DNA of 35,375 nucleotides from an uncultured delta proteobacterium (GTDB lineage Bacteria > Desulfobacterota > Binatia > Bin18): contig CAVTCR010000075.1 of the NCBI GenBank assembly GCA_963733195.1, forward strand, positions 1 to 35,375, given 5' to 3'. Below, one piece after another: positions 31,569 through 35,375 of the stretch. The position numbers and the translations under genes are program-made. Below the pieces are notes generated by a model. That model worked only from the letters and a program-made list of their open reading frames with translations. It was not told the DNA's origin and made no database searches. Within the stretch, counting starts at the first letter, position 1. Every line of letters begins with the position of its first letter.

Positions 31569-31758
31569 GCATCCTAAACCTATCAAATGGATGTACACCA
31601 AGACCAAATTGCTGGCCAAGTTCGGCGCGCCGCCGCCAGCCCAACTGGCGGCGTAATTACTGCGCACGGTACTAAGTAAGTACGATCAGCCTTTCCCTGG
31701 TCTGGAGCGTCGCCATGCTGTTATTGCTCAAGCTTGCTGAGAAATAGAGAGGATCATT

Positions 31759-32718
31759 TCACTGTCTTCGTGCTCGGCTAGTGCGCCAGGTCTGTCGATT
31801 GTAGGGTGGTGCTGTTCTCCGAAGCGCGGAACGAGCTGACACAGGAATCCCACGACGCCATCCGGCCAGTTCATTCACAACCAAGGAGGTAATAACGATT
31901 ACTCCACCAAGAGAGCGCGGGATCGCTCGGGCGCTCACCAATGCCCAACCACACCCACACTGGCCCTAGCGTCGTTTCGAGCAGCGACAAAAGGCCAATT
32001 TCCGCGGCGGAAAGATGGGGAGCCGCTAGCGTCAGCAAAAGACAACCAAACCCGAGTTGAAATACGCCCATCACGGCCAACATGCCGACATCCAACCATG
32101 AAGCGGTGAGCGGCCACCCCACCGGCAAGGCAACAAGAATCGCGATCAGGCCCGCAAGAAGCACGGTCGGGACCATGTCGAACTGGCGCCCATCCGCCGC
32201 AAGAGGATGATGTTCGCTGCGAACGCCAACGGCACCCCACAGGCAAGCAGGTTACCGCTCAGCGCTCCCCCAGAACCAAGGGCGTCGGCGAACATGAGAG
32301 CTATTCCCGCAAGACCAGCTGTCATCGCAATGTAGGTGCGACGAGGAACATGTTCGTTGAGGAAGAGCCGCCCGAACAGGGCAGCCACAAACGGTGAGAT
32401 GCTCATCAGGACAAGCGAGTTCGCCACCGTGGTGCGCATCAGTGACAGAATGAAAAGGAAAAAAGACGAGGCGAGCAGAGCGCCAGCCAACAAACCAGGA
32501 AGACCGACAGCCGTAATATGTGAGACCGTCCGATTTCCGTACCGAACGATCAGGAACACGCCGATAAATATCGCCATGAACAACGCACGCCAAAAGACGA
32601 TCTCCCAGGCGTCCGTCACCGTGACTGAGCGCACGATAATCCCACCGGTACTCCAACAGAGTCCGGCGGCAACCATCAGCAGCACCCCTCTCAGGCGGTT
32701 CGTTCGCTCATGTAGCAC
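31759..32718 (-). CDS. DMT/EamA-family transporter (frameshifts near 32180 and 31915)
   Basis: GVLLMVAAGLCWSTGG..IVFWR..SPFVAAL..AAEIGLLSLLETTLGPVWVWLGIGERP..GGVIV. Confidence 0.85.
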
Positions 32719-32765
32719 GCAAAGCTTCTCCCCAAGAAACGTCGGGTGTCATGGTCGGTTCCTCC

Positions 32766-33640
32766 TTATTTCAACACTCGGTTAGGCCACGAATGCCCAC
32801 CAGAACCCAAATTGAACACGGCTCCTTCTTGCCCTGGAAGAACGGGAAAAGCCGGGTTCGCGGCGGCCACAGCTTCGGTAATCAGCCGATCAAGATCTTC
32901 ATCGAGGTGAGCGGGATCGTGGTGAAAGGGAACAACTCGTTTAGCTTTGACCAGCGTGGCGAAAGCCAGCGCATGCTCCAGGGAGCTGTGACCCCAACCA
33001 ACACAATTCCGATATTCCTCGCTGCTGTACTGGGCGTCATGGATGAGGAGGTCCACGTCGGCAGCAAGGGCATATCCTGAGGTCGATTCCCTAGCCGATG
33101 GAAAGCCTTGCACCCCGAGTGCTGGTTCATGATCGGTCAGATAGGCAAGCGTGGCGTCGGCCGTCACGATCCGATACCCAACGGTTGGTCCTGGGTGACA
33201 GATGAGCGCCGAAGAGATGCGAAAGCCTCCAATCGTAAAGTCTCCACAAGGAGTTTCATGGAGGACCAACTGGCAAGGCAACTCGCGCAACCGCACCGGA
33301 AAGAGAGGCGGGGAGAGGTAACGCATCAGACGGTGCTTGAGCTTTAACGTCGTACTCGCTGGCCCCCATATATGCACTTCGGTCTCGGGATTATAGAGCG
33401 GCGCGAAGAAACCCAACCCTTGCAGATGGTCCATGTGCAGATGCGTCAACAAGATATCCACGCGGCGCAGAGAACGAGGGGATGCCATGCCGAGCCGGCG
33501 AATGCCGGTGCCCGCGTCAAGGATGAGGACAGTGTCATCGGCTCCACGCACCTCCACACAGGCGGTATTGCCGCCATAGCGCGCCGTCTCCGCTCCGGCG
33601 CCGCCACGGAACCCCGAGTTCCCCAGAGAGTGACTTTCAT
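32766..33640 (-). CDS. MBL-fold metallo-hydrolase (frameshift near 33590)
   Basis: MKVTLWGTRGSVAAP..YGGNTACVEV..DAGTG..THLHMDH..HPG..DHE..HDAQY..GHS..HHDP. Confidence 0.88.
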
Positions 33641-34028
33641 GACGCCTGGACCTCCCAAAAAATACCCACCGCCCCCAGGTGACTCAGTTGGCCGATCAGG
33701 GAAAGGCGGTAACCTCGACGTGCCGACGCACGTGGTCCAGTCCCACGATCCACATATCGACATGAACCGGCCGTCGCTCGTTCAAGGCAATAGGCAGTGG
33801 ACGCGCCTCCGGCGCGAGCGGCGTACCGTGTTCATCTGTAATTGTCAGGATATTCACCCAATCGTCTAGGGATATTTCACCAGTCTCCTCGAACCGCACT
33901 CCGAAAATCCCCTCAGCAGGCTCATTGTAAAGAGCAGAGTGACCTCCAGGGTCAACGATAATAATCGGGATCGCAAGGTAGCTCGCGAGTTGCCGGGTGA
34001 GAATCACTTCAATTTCTTTCTGTGGCAT
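33637..34028 (-). CDS. Stand-alone PAS-domain protein (frameshift near 33695)
   Basis: IEVILTRQLASYLAIPIIIVDP..YNEPAE..VTAFP..GIFWE; stop overlaps the MBL start (ATGA). Confidence 0.8.
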
Positions 34029-34064
34029 AGCAGCCCCCTACCCTGATTATGCCCCCGCGCTCTT

Positions 34065-34167
34065 TTATTCCAGCCCCGCCTCGTGCAGGTCCGCAAGGCG
34101 TTCCAACCGGAGCCATATTCACGCCATCGCCGTAGATGTTTCCCCCGTCCACCATCACATCGCCCAG
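34065..34167 (-). pseudogene. Class III adenylate/guanylate cyclase remnant
   Basis: LGDVMVDGGNIYGDGVNMA / RLERLADLHEAGLE*. Confidence 0.65.
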
Positions 34168-34230
34168 ACGGAGAGAGAAATATTTGCTACTCCAGGGTTC
34201 AATCTCTCAATGAAGCACTGACCCGATGAC

Positions 34231-35375
34231 TCAATGGCTCAATGGCCCAATTCTCCCCACCGCTCCCCAAATATCCTTCATCCCCATCTGCATCCGATCC
34301 AGATGGGTACGGAAGGAGAGCACACAAATGCGAAGGACAAAGCGATCGCCGAGCAACGTTCCGGAAAGATAAACTCTTTTCTTGGCGTTGATACGGCTGA
34401 GCAGCTCACGATTGAGCTGGTTCAGCGTCTCAGTGTTGAGTCCGGAGCGCACGAAGCGAAACGCCACAATGGAAAGCTGCGGTTCAGAAACGATTTCCAT
34501 GCCAGGAATCTTCCGTAATTCCTCCGTCGCCCAGCGGGTGAGCGTAAGTTTCTCTTCCAGATTGCAACGAAAAGGCGCGATGCCGTGCATTTTCATCGGC
34601 AGCCAGACACGCAGCCCCCGAAAGCCACGGGAAAGTTCCGGCGACATCTGGCTGAAGTCCATCAGGTCGGGATCGTCGTCCGTGGAAGGCAGGTACGACG
34701 CGCCGACTCCGTGCGCTCGTTTCAACGCTCCACCATCCCGCATGAGCAACGAGCCGGTTCCGTACGGTAAAAATAAGCCTTTATGTGGATCAAGGGTCAC
34801 GGAATCGGAACGCTCGATGCCCTTCATCAACGCCCTGCCCTGCTCGGTCAGCATGAAGAACCCGCCATAGGCGGCATCGACATGCAGCCAGCAGCGTTCT
34901 CGCTGAGCAACATCCGCTAAGGCGTTCAGATCATCCACGGCGCCAGTGTTAGTGGAGCCTGCATTGCCAACAAGAAGAAACGGAGAAAGCCCAGCGTGTT
35001 ATCCGCCGTGATTTGTTGCTCTAGTAAATCAATCCGCAGGCGAAAACGCGAGTCCGACGGAATCTCACGCACGTTGCGCTCAGGAAAACCCGCCAGGATG
35101 GCAGCCTTCTTGACCGAGTGATGCGCCTGATCCGAAGCATAGATGGTCCCGCCCAAAAAATTCTCCGGCAACTGTTCTCGGCGAGCGGTTACCACTGCGG
35201 AAAAATTCGCTAGCGAACCGCCGGTGGTCAGGAGCCAATTGGCTGAAACAGGATAACCGATGATCTCACAAAACCAGCGAATGACATTCGCCTTCACTTG
35301 CGCCAACCCAGGAGCCGCGAGCCACAGCCCCATATAGCGGTTGACCGCATCGGTAATCAGATTCGCCGCCGCCGA
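34231..35375 (-). CDS. Group II PLP-dependent decarboxylase (aromatic L-amino-acid type); 5' end outside the window, frameshifted
   Basis: TTGGSLAN, SDQAHHSVKKA, HVDAAYGG, SVTLDPHK (PLP Lys), ELSR.FRGLRVW. Confidence 0.9.

Larger units (their letters stand above)
29039..31656 (+). pseudogene. IS630 transposase; C-terminal tail separated by the IS4 insertion
   Basis: RARIVLL, ADEKT, ILDNGPTH, LPKYASWLDQVEIIF; ..ELNTHPK resumes after 31568 as HPKPIKWMYTK..AA*. Confidence 0.85.
28939..31674 (+). mobile_element. IS630-family insertion sequence interrupted by an IS4 element
   Basis: Ends TAAGTACAGGACGCGATAAATACG and CGTAATTACTGCGCACGGTACTAA (17/24 complementary), TA at both termini. Confidence 0.8.

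Overview
Bacterial accessory-type region with no rRNA, tRNA or CRISPR array. The gene content (orphan Rieske dioxygenase, SMP-30, GFA/VOC clusters, REP-like repeats) suggests an environmental Gram-negative bacterium, possibly Binatia/Deltaproteobacteria-like (inference only). From left to right: (1) a frameshift-rich, putative defence pair: a RibD-like Zn deaminase fused to an unknown C-terminal domain, then a DpnII/MboI-type PD-(D/E)XK nuclease; (2) a SAM methyltransferase, Rieske dioxygenase alpha/beta, and a MocR regulator with a divergent flavin-binding protein; (3) small stress/detox genes (YciI, glycolipid-binding, DUF1428, cupin, VOC, GFA) that contain a canonical integron attC site without an integrase and lie divergent from a lexA with a perfect CTGT-N8-ACAG box; (4) a chromate-resistance-like operon (Tat-exported ChrC-type SOD, ChrB-domain protein, DUF1080, outer-membrane barrel) with chrA embedded in an Fbp-type ABC transporter; (5) a divergent czcC/czcA/CDF efflux unit with no czcB, preceded by a His-rich leader ending RSPP; (6) a secreted FG-GAP/VCBS-like ORF ending RGPP upstream of a truncated CNNM gene; (7) an IS4 element nested in an IS630 element; (8) EamA, MBL hydrolase, PAS protein, an adenylate-cyclase remnant and a partial PLP decarboxylase. 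Many genes near both ends are broken by single-base indels, which are probably sequencing/assembly errors.
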